This document shows, piece by piece, positions 23,619 to 36,128 of a DNA stretch of 64,000 nucleotides (positions are counted from its first letter, which is position 1; each line of letters begins with the position of its first letter). Both the position numbers and the translations under genes were made by a program. This DNA is from Marsupella aquatica (taxonomy: Eukaryota; Plantae; Marchantiophyta), in the NCBI GenBank assembly GCA_973895155.1, contig OZ316899.1:519573-583572 (forward strand). The letters run 5' to 3'. The notes under the pieces are model-generated. The model searched no databases. It saw nothing but the letters and a program-made list of their open reading frames with translations, and was not told the DNA's origin.

Positions 23619-26600
23619 TGTCGTGCTGTGGGTTGGCCCTATGTTGATCCTTCCAGTATCGAAAGGCTCTCCCTGAATTTACACTATCACGGAGTCTCTA
23701 GCCTAAACTGAGCATTTCCAAGAAAATCCTCGCTTTCCCTTCTTCAAAATTGATCAGATCCGTCCCGCTTGCCCCAACAAATTCTCCGTTTGCTAGCCTA
23801 GGAGCAAAGCTTAAATCAGACAGTCCTGAGAGCTTCCAATCACGTCGAGACCAATCTGTGCACCAGGTCAAGAACCTTCAATTTCTGCTCACCAGGAAGA
23901 CGGACGCCAATATCAAAATGTAGCCAAACGTTATAAGAAATAGGTGGTTAAAACTTGGAGAGACTGGACACTAATGACTTCGGATTCACCTCCAAGTTCA
24001 TGAGAGGGGAACAAGTTCAGAAAATGTCCCGCCGGCCAGCAAAAACAACACCAAACCAAAAACACCAACCGACAAAACAACTGCAACCCTCGATTCAAAG
24101 CGTGACGTCTCCGGCGTAAGGAGGAAGACATCCCCACGTAAATATCGCTTATCAACAACCACAATCCCCAAGTTTCACGACGGCGTAACTTAGCCACAGA
24201 ATACACGGTTAAATTACAGTCAGATTGAACCAAATTACTCAGGCGTCCCTCCTGGCGATGATAACAATCAACGCCAGAACCAGAGGACGGTGGAATATGC
24301 GAACTAAGCTGCAAGGAGTCAACACAAATGGCATTGCAATCCCTAAAGAAGCCTGAACGGCTTGCGCAGGAAGAAGATATCCCCAAAGAATTGAGATGGC
24401 GGGACACATATCGCACGAGGAACAACCTCTACATCAGGTTTTGGAAAGAGAAAGAGACCCTATACATGTACTGCAATTGTAGATGCTCGAGTAGACTCGG
24501 CATTGCACCTCCCGAACACAGGCCCTAAAGCTAGACAAGATGTGATGCGAGGACGGACGAAAAACCTAACGACTGCAGACCACTAGAATCAGGTAGGAGC
24601 TTAAAATGAATACACCAGTGCGCACCACACTACGAGAAGAACAACCACTAGAGACGCGTAGAAAGCGGCGAGATGTATACTGGAAGACAAATGAAACCCG
24701 AAAATCTAAGACAAGGGCATAGTAGAACAAAACTTTCTTGAGACACACAAGATCGAGAGAAACACGAACAATGTCAAGTACTGCGAAAACCGCAAAGAAA
24801 ACGACAGTCTAAACAAGGGGACGGTGACAGACATTGAACAAACGGATGGCAGGTAAAGGGGAACGTTACCAGGATGTACGCGTGACTAAATGAAATAAAA
24901 TCTGTCGACGGCTGCTTTCGAAGCGTCTGAAAAGATATATATAGAATAGCGGGACAAGACCTCAAGCCCAACTCTTGCCAACAAGAACAAATACTGGCTC
25001 TCATCGATCACCGTGCAGTTCAACCAACATATACCACAGAAGAAGCGGAGACCTCACTGTTTAAACCACAACTAACTCACTTTTAGCAGGGTGAAAGTCT
25101 CGAAGTCAAGAATCATTAATCGACCAGAACCTACTTCAGAGAGACTACCAGCCAATGTGAGACGGCGAACATTCAAACACCCAAGGTACGGCTGAGAATG
25201 ACTTGCGGATATGTCAAACGACATATAGTAGCCTCTGCAAAGCGTCAGCACCACGATCGTGAAGTGTAAACAAAAAAAGTCAGAAACATCAAACGTGGCA
25301 ACCTTTCGGATCGTGTGTTTTGTTCATTTGTGTCTGTGTGTCGGGGGGGGGGGGGAGGGCGGGGTGGCGAGCCGTATTTAGGGCACATACAGATTAATTA
25401 AGTATAGGGTAATGCAGGTCTGGGCGCGGGGTTACTAGGCTGCGTCCCGAATATGAAAAGAAACTGACCGGCGGCAGCCGGGAAGCTTCTTTGAATATTC
25501 CGGGAGCAGGTTATAGCCTATAACCCCAACCCTGCCCTACATTAGCTTACGTAACTCCTGCCCGGAAAGAGTTTATCGGTTCAACTTTTCAGGACACCAG
25601 ATTATGATTATAGCAGGCCCCTGTAGAAATGGTTACACACCGGTAACCTTTTCTCCTGACACGATTTACGTAACGATCAGATAAAGGACTACAAATTGAC
25701 TTCAATGTGTGAAGATTGCTACAACCCAGGCCCGGGACCAAAGGTTGTGGCCACAATAGGCTGAACACTAGATGAACTACTTGTTTTGAAAATACTTCAC
25801 ACAATAGTTTTGACAATTTGGTCCTTTGGGGCCATTTTGGGGCCTCGTCTTACTTTTTGTTTTTCAAAAGGGGGAGGTGGGAATTACCAACAACACAACA
25901 AGGGGGCAAAAACATCCCAACCCAAGGAAAAAGGATGCCAAACTGCACCCGATCAGAAACACCAGCCACCATAATCAGGCCAACTAGCCAAAAGCAACAC
26001 CAAAATATGTGGTACAGAAGGGCCCTATACAAGGGTTACTACCCTCACAGGTAAGTATCTATTTCTCCTAAAGTTCCAAGGGCAAAGGGCAAATTTATCA
26101 CTAGAGTCCCCCAAAACCCTATAAGACTGGTCACTTCAAAGGTTGGCCAAAGTCGATGCCTGGTCCAAGTCTTAGGTCCAACAGACTTGTAGGTCCAGCC
26201 AGAAATCAGATCCATGATCCCAACTCCTAGTACTATCACTAAACAATTAGGCAGCCCATCATCCTTGCCACAAAAATTGGGTGTCACACCATTCTAGGTA
26301 GTGTTAGAGTGTATCGTACTATCTAGATCTGTATGTTTAGTATTTGTGCTATATGAGTTGATAAGGCACTGAGACCAGGGATGAGGAAGTCGATTGGTGG
26401 TCCATTTTCAATGAGCTACGAGTGCTGAGAAGTCAAATCGTTTTGGCTTCAAGCCCGATTCTGAGAGTCGATTGGTGTTCCGTTTCCAGTGAGTTGCGAG
26501 TACCGAGGAGTCAAATTGTTTGACTTTGAGCTCGACTCTGAGTGACGATTGGTGTTTCTTTTCTTGGTGAGTTTTGAGCATGCGGAAGCTAAGGAGTTGG

Positions 26601-27749
26601 GAGTTGGCTGCGAATGGAATGCGAAGGGTTGTTGGTTCGTCTTTGGGCAACCAAGAGTCTGGCCGTTGGGTCCTGAACCCGCCTGGCGGTGACTTGTCGG
26701 GCGGGGATGCTGCTTCTAAGGTGTATTTGAGGCTTGGGCTTTGGCTCAGTCTAGGGGAGTCAATATTCATGGAGATTTGGATTGAGGATTGAGGTGTTAC
26801 CGATTGTGAACCAGCGAGCTTGAGTGTTGGATCGTTGGTGATGCGAACTAATAGATTTTGAGTAGGATCGAAGTTTTGAGCTTGAGCACTTGAGGAATTG
26901 AATTTTGTGGTTTTCTGACTTGATAGCTTTTGAGAGGACGATAGCTCGATGGAAGATAGATAGTAGCCCGCCGAAGGGTTAGAGATCATATTTTCACAAG
27001 TGACCCGCTCGAAGGCACCCATTGTATTGATCATGAAGTTTTCAAAAAGTAAAGTGTTTGAGTTTGGGCCCCAAATTGTGTTTATTACTCGTCTGGATCG
27101 CAGCCAAAAATAGTTCATATTCCCGAGGTGACCCCTACATTCAGTCCACGCAACGACGTGGTGTCCAAGGAATGAGGCCCTAGGGGTTTTATGCACTTCT
27201 GAATCCATCTAAATACTCAGTTTGAACTTGTTTACAATGGATTCTTGGATAATTGACATTGGTTTCTTGAGGCCTATTATGAAGGCTCTGCATTGAATGT
27301 TATGAACATTGTTTGATCAATTTGTGATCACTCTTGGTGTGGAGAGTTGTTGTTTATCCATTCTTGTTGTTGGACTCTCTCCACACATGCCTTCCGCCTA
27401 CGCGCCATGTTAGTTTTGTGTGGGCGTTTGATTCCATAGGAGTGATTTGGGTTTGCAACTAGACACTCTAGTTGTGTTGTGTGTTTCTCTCATGGTGATG
27501 TTGGAGTGATACCCAACACACCACGATGAGTGCTTGTGGTGATGGCAAGGACAAATTGCCCAATTAGGGTTAGCACATAGACTAGATTGATGGCTACAAT
27601 TTTGTGATTGGTTATCGTGAGTTCTTCTGGTGCTGCGGCGCTATCCAATGGACGATGGACCGGTTTCACTTGGAGTGGGGTGCAATTTTGGCGAGCAACA
27701 TTGGTAGCAGTCAGCAGTGTAGCTTCAAACAATAATTTTGACAAGGACT

Positions 27750-28915
27750 CAATGACCAGTTTTCCTCATCATCAAGTGGTTGCACCTTTGAACATTGTGG
27801 GATATGGAAGAGATGTACTGGGCTACAAAGGGCCCACAGTAATACTCTCGTGCAGTTGGCACGATTGATCTGGATGACTTCATCCAAGAGTTTGATACGT
27901 GGTGCGATATGCAGACATTGCATAACGTCACGTTGTTTACCCCTTTCATGGCATGGAATGGATTATTTCAGCATTTGGAAGGGCCACCCATGGATGACTA
28001 TCATGAGTTTTGGAAGGCTCATTTGGTGGAGATTAAGACATGGAGGTAGCATTGAGCGCCTAATTATGTGTCTATCATCTATGACACTAGTGCGACTGCC
28101 CAACCCATTGCCATAGTTGTTGCGTCTTCTAGCAACTTTAGCCAGAGTGGCACACCATCCACTAGTAGCACTCTAGCAGCATCCACCGCTACTCCTACTA
28201 GTGCGATTGTGTCAAGGACTAGAGCTACACCAACATTTAACCCTGTGGTAGAATTCTTTGAGGTGTTGAAGCAGAACCCTGATAAGTTGAAGGGTCTCCA
28301 AGAGTTTCAGCGCAAGATTGGAGAGAGTCTACGTGAGGCATACACTTATATGCGCAGATTGATCACTGTCACAAAGGGAGTGACAGAGGCCCAGACAGTC
28401 CAATTTTGGTATGCAATTCTGGACAAAGAATTGCGACGCAAAGTGAGAGATGTCACTCAACTTAGGGATGCAGATCCCACATTGACAGTTGTTTTTACAC
28501 TTGTTGAGCACATTGAGCTCAATATGGTGAATGAGAAAGTAGTGACTTCCGAATTTTCCAAGGAAGCACCAAAGGCTGCATCTACACCCACATCACAGCC
28601 TATTCACGTAAGAGCCAGAGGGAGAAGCCCACTCCACGGGAATCTACCAGTCAGAGACCTGTGTCATCCTATGTTGGACAACAATTAGGATGTTGGACCT
28701 GTGGTGGGGACCATGTGCAACAATATTGCCCTGATCATAGAGGGTCAGGAGGGGCCTCAACACCTGATCAGTGGCAGTGTGATCATTGTGGTGCTCTTGG
28801 ACACACCAAGGATAGGTGTTTCTCACTCCATCCTAAGTTACAAAAAGGAGGACAACGCACACATGATCAGGGAAGAGGAGGTAGAGGTGGTGGTCGTGGC
28901 CGAGGTATGCCACAT
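27750..28915 (+). pseudogene. gag: gag remnant of another LTR retroelement (D), interrupted by CACTA-1; resumes in frame at 38477
   Basis: DLDDFIQEFDTWCD..., FQRKIGESLREAY..., knuckles CWTCGGDHVQQYC and CDHCGALGHTKDRC; the reading frame continues ...GMPH|AGRQGGNVAL after removing the CACTA. Confidence 0.75.
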
Positions 28916-29725
28916 CACTAGTACATTTTAGGTACTTTTTCGATACTCAAAACATGCGTTTCTCAACGCGCCCGATACTAAACACAACGGAAAACGTCCG
29001 ATACTCCCAACTATGGAACTTCTGATACTACCAACATCGGACATTATTATCCGATAGGTTTTGTATTGAAAACGTTATCCAATACCCTGCATATCGGACA
29101 ATGTCCGAAACATCCTGTATCGCAAATTGAGAGCCGACATGTTTTTCAGACGTCCGATAATAATAGTATCAAAAGCTAATTCCGATAGGTTTGGTTTCGG
29201 ACATTTACCGATACAAGTCTTATCAAACATATTTTTGCAATACTAATTACAACGGAAATCATTTGCGAAGACTGAGGTATCAGTTACTGTCCGTTGAAAT
29301 TGCTATCGGACCCCTCCTCGGTTGCGGGCTTAAGCGTCCGATCTGTGGAGTATTGGATAGTGGCTTCCGATTGTTATAGTATCGGAATATCTGATCCTTG
29401 AGGATGGGAAGGGGTTTTTTGCTTTGGCAGTACTAATGTGTGTCCGATATGTTTCCGATGTTATTTGAATGGGATATGGTATGGGACTTTAGTGTTTTAC
29501 AATGTCTAGGTTGCATGGAATTAATGGATTTAGATATGGGGCATACTTTAAGCAATAGATATTTATACTGCATGAAATTGTGGACAATGAGAAAAATCGT
29601 AGAATACCGATAAAAAGATAGTGCCGGTAAAAATATACATGAAGATGGTGGGGTCTACAATTTATACTAACTCGTGGGGGGTATGTCTCTATCTTCCACT
29701 ACAACTACGTTGGGTCTCTCTTGGA

Positions 29726-32700
29726 CTATGGACCATGATTTGGGGATATACGGCATGACAATGGACCACTCGGGTCATTGGGATAGGGTAGGTAAAAGCA
29801 TTGCTCAAGGTGATGTGGGAAGGCAAAGGGATCTGAGGACCTCCAGTTGGAACTGATGACACTATTTGCGGATGTCTTCAAACGAGTAAAACCGCATGCA
29901 TCATCTTCACAAGTACAATTGTGGCCTACAAGATTCATCTTGAACCATTTGCACTTGAATACCACTTCCTCCAAAGTAGTATGTGCATGGTACTTCACTG
30001 TTAGGACCTCCTCAATCTTCCCATAATGGGTCACGGTGGAGCGAATGGGATTCATGTCTGACATGCTACTCTGGGAATCTTGGGTGAACCAACCCATCAC
30101 CCCACAATCCTGTGTAGCTGCCCTCTTCTCATCAAGTCATTCCACACGAAAATGTCTCCCCTGTGACCACATGGCAGTCCGAGTCGTGACTATAAGTAGT
30201 GGACCATGAACCAAGGTACAAAGTTTATCTGTCACGTTTGGGTAGTGTAATACACTCTCCCCGGTACCCACCAGGGCATCCACTTCTAACAACTTCTCCT
30301 TCATGTATGGGTGAAACTTGGGAAATAACCGTGGGCGTCGACTATTTTGCTTCTCCTCCTCATAAAATGTTGTCCACTCCCCGACAACCTCGGGTGAGTT
30401 ATACAACATAAATGTTTTGAGCTGTAAACACTCTGCTGAGCCTATGAGACGCTCTCCAGATGCCCCAGTGAGTCTATCATCCTCGTAGTCAGCCTCTCGT
30501 GCCGCCTCATCTATCCATCCCCTAGGAGCACTAGGATCTAGTGTGGCAACTATGTTTGTACAGTAAAACATACTCTCTGCTCCAAGATGACGCTCCGCAA
30601 TGCTACCTTCCACCCTAGCGCGATTAAAGACATATGACTTCATCACCCCCATATAACGCTCTACCCAATACATCCATCAACAATGTACTGGGCCTGCAAT
30701 TGCAACCTCGCGCACTAAATGTATGAGGAAATGAACCTGACCATCAAAGAATGAGGGAGGGAGTGCCTTCTCCAACTTGCAAACAACCTCTACTCCAAAT
30801 ATCTCCATAGCAGCAATGTCATCCTCTTGTACCTCCTTTTGACATACCCATCTTAAGAGCTTACCCAATGACCAAAGGGCATCACGAAGTTCCTCACTAC
30901 CCAATCCAATAATAGCAACTGGAAGAACATGTTCAAGCAACCGATGATAATCATGTGTCTTCAAGAAAGATGGCCATTTTGGAGAATCCTCCCCCCCAAA
31001 TGCCTTTCAAAGATTGGTACCATAACCTGTGGGAAACCTCATCAACCCAATACGTCTACAAAACTCAATGCGCTCTGCCCTTGTCAAAACCCAAGGAGGA
31101 TGGATGCTAGGGGGAGCACCAGGGGGGTCCAAAGATGGCCAAAAACCCAAAAGACCATGCATCCCCATCTCCTCACAACTTTCTCTCCAATTGTTATTTT
31201 TCTCCCCATATAGATGGTGAATCAATGATTTCCCCACATTCCCCTCAATGTGCATAGGGTCTAACAAGTGATTAATGGGCATATCTGACCAATATGGCAA
31301 TTGTGACAATGCAGACAAACGGGTCATGTCACATCTGAATAATGGTAATGGATCACTCGGATCCTGAACTCTCCCCCATACCTCTCTCCAATATGCTGGA
31401 TCCTTCCGCTGAGGTTGAGGAAGAATATCAGGTTGGCCCTCATCAGTATCATAAAGGAATGGATCACTCCTCCAAGGATGGTCTGGTGGAAGATATTTAG
31501 TATGACCAATGTAAACAATTTTTTGCAGAGTACTTGACTTGGGCCTGGCCACCCCCTCCAAATCGGGTCCACATGTAGAGCAAGCTCGATAGCCTGATGT
31601 TTGCAATCCAAAAACATATCCAAACCCTACCCAGTGCATAGAAAACACATTCATAAAATAAGGTTCATCAAGGCAAAAATCTGCATAATTGCAATTAAAT
31701 ACAAGGTTTAGGTACTAGAGGAAATAAGGGTTTACCATACCTGGTAAATCATGCATGGTCCACATAAGGATGGCCTTTAGAGTAAATACGCGGGATAAAC
31801 CTTCTGTGTTGTGACGTCCATCATAACAATCCACTCCTCTCCACAGTTGTATCAACTCATCAATCAATGGCTGCAAGTACACATCAATCTTTTTAACTTG
31901 CTTAGGACCCGGAATAATCATGGAGAGTAGTAGGTGACCTTTCTTCATGGCCATCCAAGGAGGGATGTTGTAGTTTGTCAACACTACTGGCCACACCGAA
32001 TATGGTTTGGCTTTTCTTGTCAATGCAAAAGGGCTGATACCGTCTGCTGCCAAACCTAGTCAAACATGTCGTGGGTCAATTTTGAACTCTCCCCATCTAT
32101 CCTCTACAAATTGATTGGCAGGAGAGTCAACCATCATCCGCATGGCACTAGAGGGTACAACCATATCAGAACGATTTTGTGAGTGCCATACCATCATCTC
32201 AGTCAACTCTGCACATCGGAATTGATGTCGCAATCGAGGGATAAGAGGAAAGTACCTCATAACCTTTTGCGGTACCTTCCCCGTCAACATGTCATCACGG
32301 TACCGTGGCTTCTGACATTTAGGACATGTAGTGGCATTTTCATGCTCACCCCTAAAAAGAATGCAATCATCCACACATGCATGTATCACCTCATACTTCA
32401 GGCCAATGACGTCAACACCCGTTTAGCCTCTTTCCAAGAGGCTAGTAATGCGTTGCCTACTGGCAAAATACGATCATGCAAGGTATGGAAAACATCATCC
32501 AAAAGTAGATTGCTTGCCCCATGTCTTTGCTGCAAGTTGAGCAACAACATTATTGATGAGAGCCGAGATAACCTACTCCCCTCGAATATGCGAGTACGGG
32601 CATGACGTTGCGCCTCCTCCCATTGCTTGTCTTGGGACCCCCTAGAAGGATGTGGATGACTAGTCCTTTCATGGGTTGAACCAATGTCCTCCAAACCAAT

Positions 32701-32907
32701 GTCATTGTGATCATCATAGAATTGGTCCATGAGCTCATCCATGGCCCTCTCCTCATCAAGATGGTCTTGGATAGGATCATCACCATCATGTCGTACCCCA
32801 TCCTCTTGCCTTTGCGGTTCATGCCCACGGTTGGCCACCATGGCCTCAACAAGGTGTTGTTGCATAGCTCGTGATATTACCCCAATATCAGGCGTTACAT
32901 ATTGATT
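29726..32907 (-). pseudogene. CACTA transposase (TnpD/Tnp2-type; Transposase_21 with downstream DUF4218/DUF4216-like regions), spliced and decayed
   Basis: IHACVDDCILF, YFPLIPRL, GLAADGISPF, WPVVLTNYNIPPW, PGPKQ, DLPG|FG intron, DPMHIEGNV, KTHDYH, PPSFFD, MYWVERYM. Confidence 0.9.
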
Positions 32908-33030
32908 CTATCATACAACATCAATTAATTAATCTCATCAACACATGCACTGTTGAACAACATCATTCTCATGTAAACATGTAAAATAAACTAACATATA
33001 TATATACATGTATGTAAGTCCAAGAAACTA

Positions 33031-33987
33031 TCATGGATGACAACGCAAGGACAATTTTGGTGCATCCCACTCATACTCACACAATAACTCCTCACCAGCT
33101 CTAATGGTCCTAACAGCTACTGTCATGATATGGTCGTCCATATGTTTCACAAAATATGGATGTCTAGGTGGACCAAACATTTGAATCCACTCTACATTAG
33201 CCTCCAAACCTCTATCTCTACCTGTGGTACTATTGATGTACCTTGCTAAATTACCATTCCGAATAGGGTCACCATCAATCATCCGGCAATGCCACGGCCT
33301 AGTGAAGTCCTCATCCGGGTCTGAGTCCATCCTCAATGCATACACACCCCAACTTGGGTGTTGACGCAACAAAATATTCCAACTCTTGGAGTTATATACA
33401 GCCCCAATGTAAGGAAAGAGGTGCTCTCCATCATAACCACGTCTCCATGGCTTTGGAGGGACCACAATATCCTCCAAAGCAAAAATACCATATCCTATAT
33501 CAGGACCAATAGAGGATGCCTTCACTATCCAAGGGCGACCCCATATCTGAACTGGTTCATCTGTAGGAATAAAATCTGGAAATTTGAAGAGACTTGGAGA
33601 AAAGTCCTTCAAAACTTCGGCAGCCCTACCAGTGAGATAGGATAGTCCAAACCTGCCCTCAACGCAAATATAATCTACGTTACCGGCTGGTCGATCACTA
33701 GTACCTAACACCTCCTCTTGGCTGTCTACCTGGTCCAGTGGTCCATACTGCCGTCTACGTCTACCAGATCGTGGTGGTGTACGTAGGACCCTAGTAGTCA
33801 CAACCTCGGGCCGAGAGACCGGTTCCCCCTCTACATGCTCATGTGTGGGCACGGGAGTGGGGATAGGAGCAGGTGGGCTAAGAGGCATCTGGGCAGGAGG
33901 AACTGCAAGCAACTCCCTAGCCCTTGCTAGAAACCCTTCCAACCACACAGCTTGAGGAACCAAAGGAGGTGGGGGCCTACGAGGCAC
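33031..33987 (-). CDS. SET-domain exon carried by CACTA-1 (open for 318 codons)
   Basis: SET motifs GYGIFALEDI, IDGDPIRNGNLARYINS and VAVRTIRAGEELLCEY; the ORF begins exactly at an AG acceptor (33988-33989). Confidence 0.85.
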   Translation of the reverse strand: MPRRPPPPLVPQAVWLEGFLARARELLAVPPAQMPLSPPAPIPTPVPTHEHVEGEPVSRPEVVTTRVLRTPPRSGRRRRQYGPLDQVDSQEEVLGTSDRPAGNVDYICVEGRFGLSYLTGRAAEVLKDFSPSLFKFPDFIPTDEPVQIWGRPWIVKASSIGPDIGYGIFALEDIVVPPKPWRRGYDGEHLFPYIGAVYNSKSWNILLRQHPSWGVYALRMDSDPDEDFTRPWHCRMIDGDPIRNGNLARYINSTTGRDRGLEANVEWIQMFGPPRHPYFVKHMDDHIMTVAVRTIRAGEELLCEYEWDAPKLSLRCHP

Positions 33988-34122
33988 CTATTTCAACACA
34001 CGTACAATGGTTTTACACAAATCAATAAATTAAGTAGTGGGATGTAAATGCAAGATAATTAAGCAATACCCTAAATTGGAATGCATATATGGAATGAATA
34101 GGGGACATAAACATATCTGTAC

Positions 34123-34353
34123 CTGGCTAGGCAAATACCCTGGCATATCACCCTCGTGGCAGCCATAGTTCTCGATGTGCTCACAAGTCTCCCACGCATG
34201 TCAAACCACAAGTCCCTTACATCTCACACACCAACAAGGTATGGGTCCTAGTGGAGCACGAGGACGATCTGGAGGAGGGGGTGGAGGAACCTCCCCCTTA
34301 GACGAGCTTGTGTCTGAGTCTGAATCTGACGTGGAACTATCAGAAGTAGACAT
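34123..34353 (-). pseudogene. First coding exon of the CACTA-1 SET/transposase locus (Ser-rich, Pro-rich, CWCVRC...C..H..YG motif); one in-frame TGA
   Basis: CAG|ATG TCT start; phase-0 donor CAG|GTACAG; a homologous fragment at 46051-46207 has CGA where this copy has TGA. Confidence 0.75.
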
Positions 34354-34671
34354 CTGCATGCATGAAGTACACTCATTCATGTAAGCTGCATAAAAGAAGA
34401 CAAGTGTTGGAGTATCAAAATAGAATTAATTAATGCATGACATACAAAAGTCCTGTTGTACCTCAATGATACCCGCGCTTTGCCAGCCTATTGTGTCGTA
34501 TTTTCTACACACAAGGTGTGGGACATCCAAAATCTCTGCATATGTGGGTGAGCATTTTGCTAATGAGCATACATAATCTGTAAGTGCGAAAGAGTGTAGG
34601 AAGAACACACCACATATAAAAAAATTCCAACATACAAATTAAGTGTAAATGATGCGGCTCGTGAAGCGGGG

Positions 34672-35376
34672 ACATCATACCTCCTGGATGCACGGTCTCA
34701 CACTATGCATAGTGCATTGTCCAAAACAAAACCTCCCTACCCCCTCACAAACATTGAACCACCCCTCCAAACGCAAGGTACTGTGCATCAAATCCAACAC
34801 AACCATTAGCCTAATATATGGAGGTTGAACCTTATCCTAAGAAAAGGTGTAACCTTATCCTAGTAAAACCCCATAACCCTAAGCCCATAAACCCCTCCAA
34901 AGAAATGATCCAAATAGCTTTCACCCAGAAATGGTTCGTACAAAAACTTCTTGTAGTATTTTGTCTATCATATATCATAGTATTGAGTTCCCATCACCAC
35001 AACCATCCCTAAACTTGCAAGGAACTTGCAAGAGGACATCATACCTCCTGGATGCACGGTTTCATGCATAGTGCATTGTCCAAAATCAAAACCTCCCTAC
35101 CCCCTCAAAAAAAGTTAACCACCCCTCCAAAAGCAAGGTACTACACATCAAATCCAAACACAAAGATTAGCCTAATGAAGGGGTTTAATATTATCCTAAC
35201 AAAAGGTATAATGTTATACTAATAAAACCTCTGCGTACACCCATAATCCCCTATAAAGAAATGAAACAAAAGGCTTTCACCCAAAAATGATTCATACAAA
35301 AAATTCTTGTAGTATTTTCTTGATCCTATATTACATATCATAGTATTGAGTTCCCATCACCACAACCACCCCTAAA
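34672..35376. repeat. Tandem duplication (~364-bp unit) upstream of the CACTA-1 first coding exon
   Basis: ACATCATACCTCCTGGATGCAC...CATCACCACAACC repeated at ~34672 and ~35036. Confidence 0.75.
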
Positions 35377-36128
35377 ACACCAAGACTCTATACACAATTG
35401 CATCATTAATTAGAGCCCAATATCTTAAGCATGCAAGACCATAGCTTATCAAAAACATTACATAGTCCGGTACAAACCCCAAAATTTGTTCTCCGCAACA
35501 AAGAAACTTGCAAGAGGTCCCTCTACATGGATGACACGTTCACTGTCCCGTTCACATATGTAGAGCCCTACAAAACTCGGATTCAAATATGAAAGCAAAT
35601 AATAACTCCAACCATTTGCCCTTACCCCATACAAAACCTAAATATCCTAAATTATACTCTAAACCCTCCAATACCATACCCAACCCAAATTCAAAACATT
35701 ATATTGGACCCCCTTTGGGAAAGCCAAGAGGTATCCGATATAACTTCATGAGGGGTCCGATGCAATAGGAAACGGGCCACACTTGGTAAATACACGGCCA
35801 CAAGAAAAGGACGAGGGGTCCGAAGCAGATAGTTTTGGAAAGTCCGATTGCGTGTCCGATACCTTTGGTTTCGCAAAGTCCTAAACAAAAAGAATCGGAA
35901 GCAGAAGGTTTTGTTTCGGAAAAATGAACCGATGCAGGTGCGAAGACCCGCGCGTCGGTCCTTGTTTCGCACTTGGTGTTTTTCAAATTTTTTGAAGCTG
36001 GATCAAGGAGGAGAGCTTGAAGGAGGAGGAGAGATGGAGGGGGCCGGGGGATCAGGTGGTGGGGGAGACCAAGGGGGATCAGGTGGTGGTGGAGATCAGG
36101 GGGACCGTCCCAGCCATACAATGAAGTT

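Noticed and set aside
23931-24425. 164-aa ORF upstream of PP2C
   Set aside because: No recognisable motif, UTR/intron-like composition; treated as a chance ORF or at most a uORF.
25498-25567. Small inverted repeat (TTCCGGGAGCAGG...CCTGCCCGGAA with inner GGTTATAG-C-CTATAACC)
   Set aside because: Too short and without a TSD; cannot distinguish a MITE relic from chance.
25560-26288. Possible minus-strand LTR starting TGTGACACCC at 26288
   Set aside because: No second terminus, TSD or second copy found in the window.
26408-27208. 266-aa minus-strand Ser/Pro-rich ORF
   Set aside because: No recognisable domain and no second copy; probably antisense to the LTR/leader of gag remnant D.
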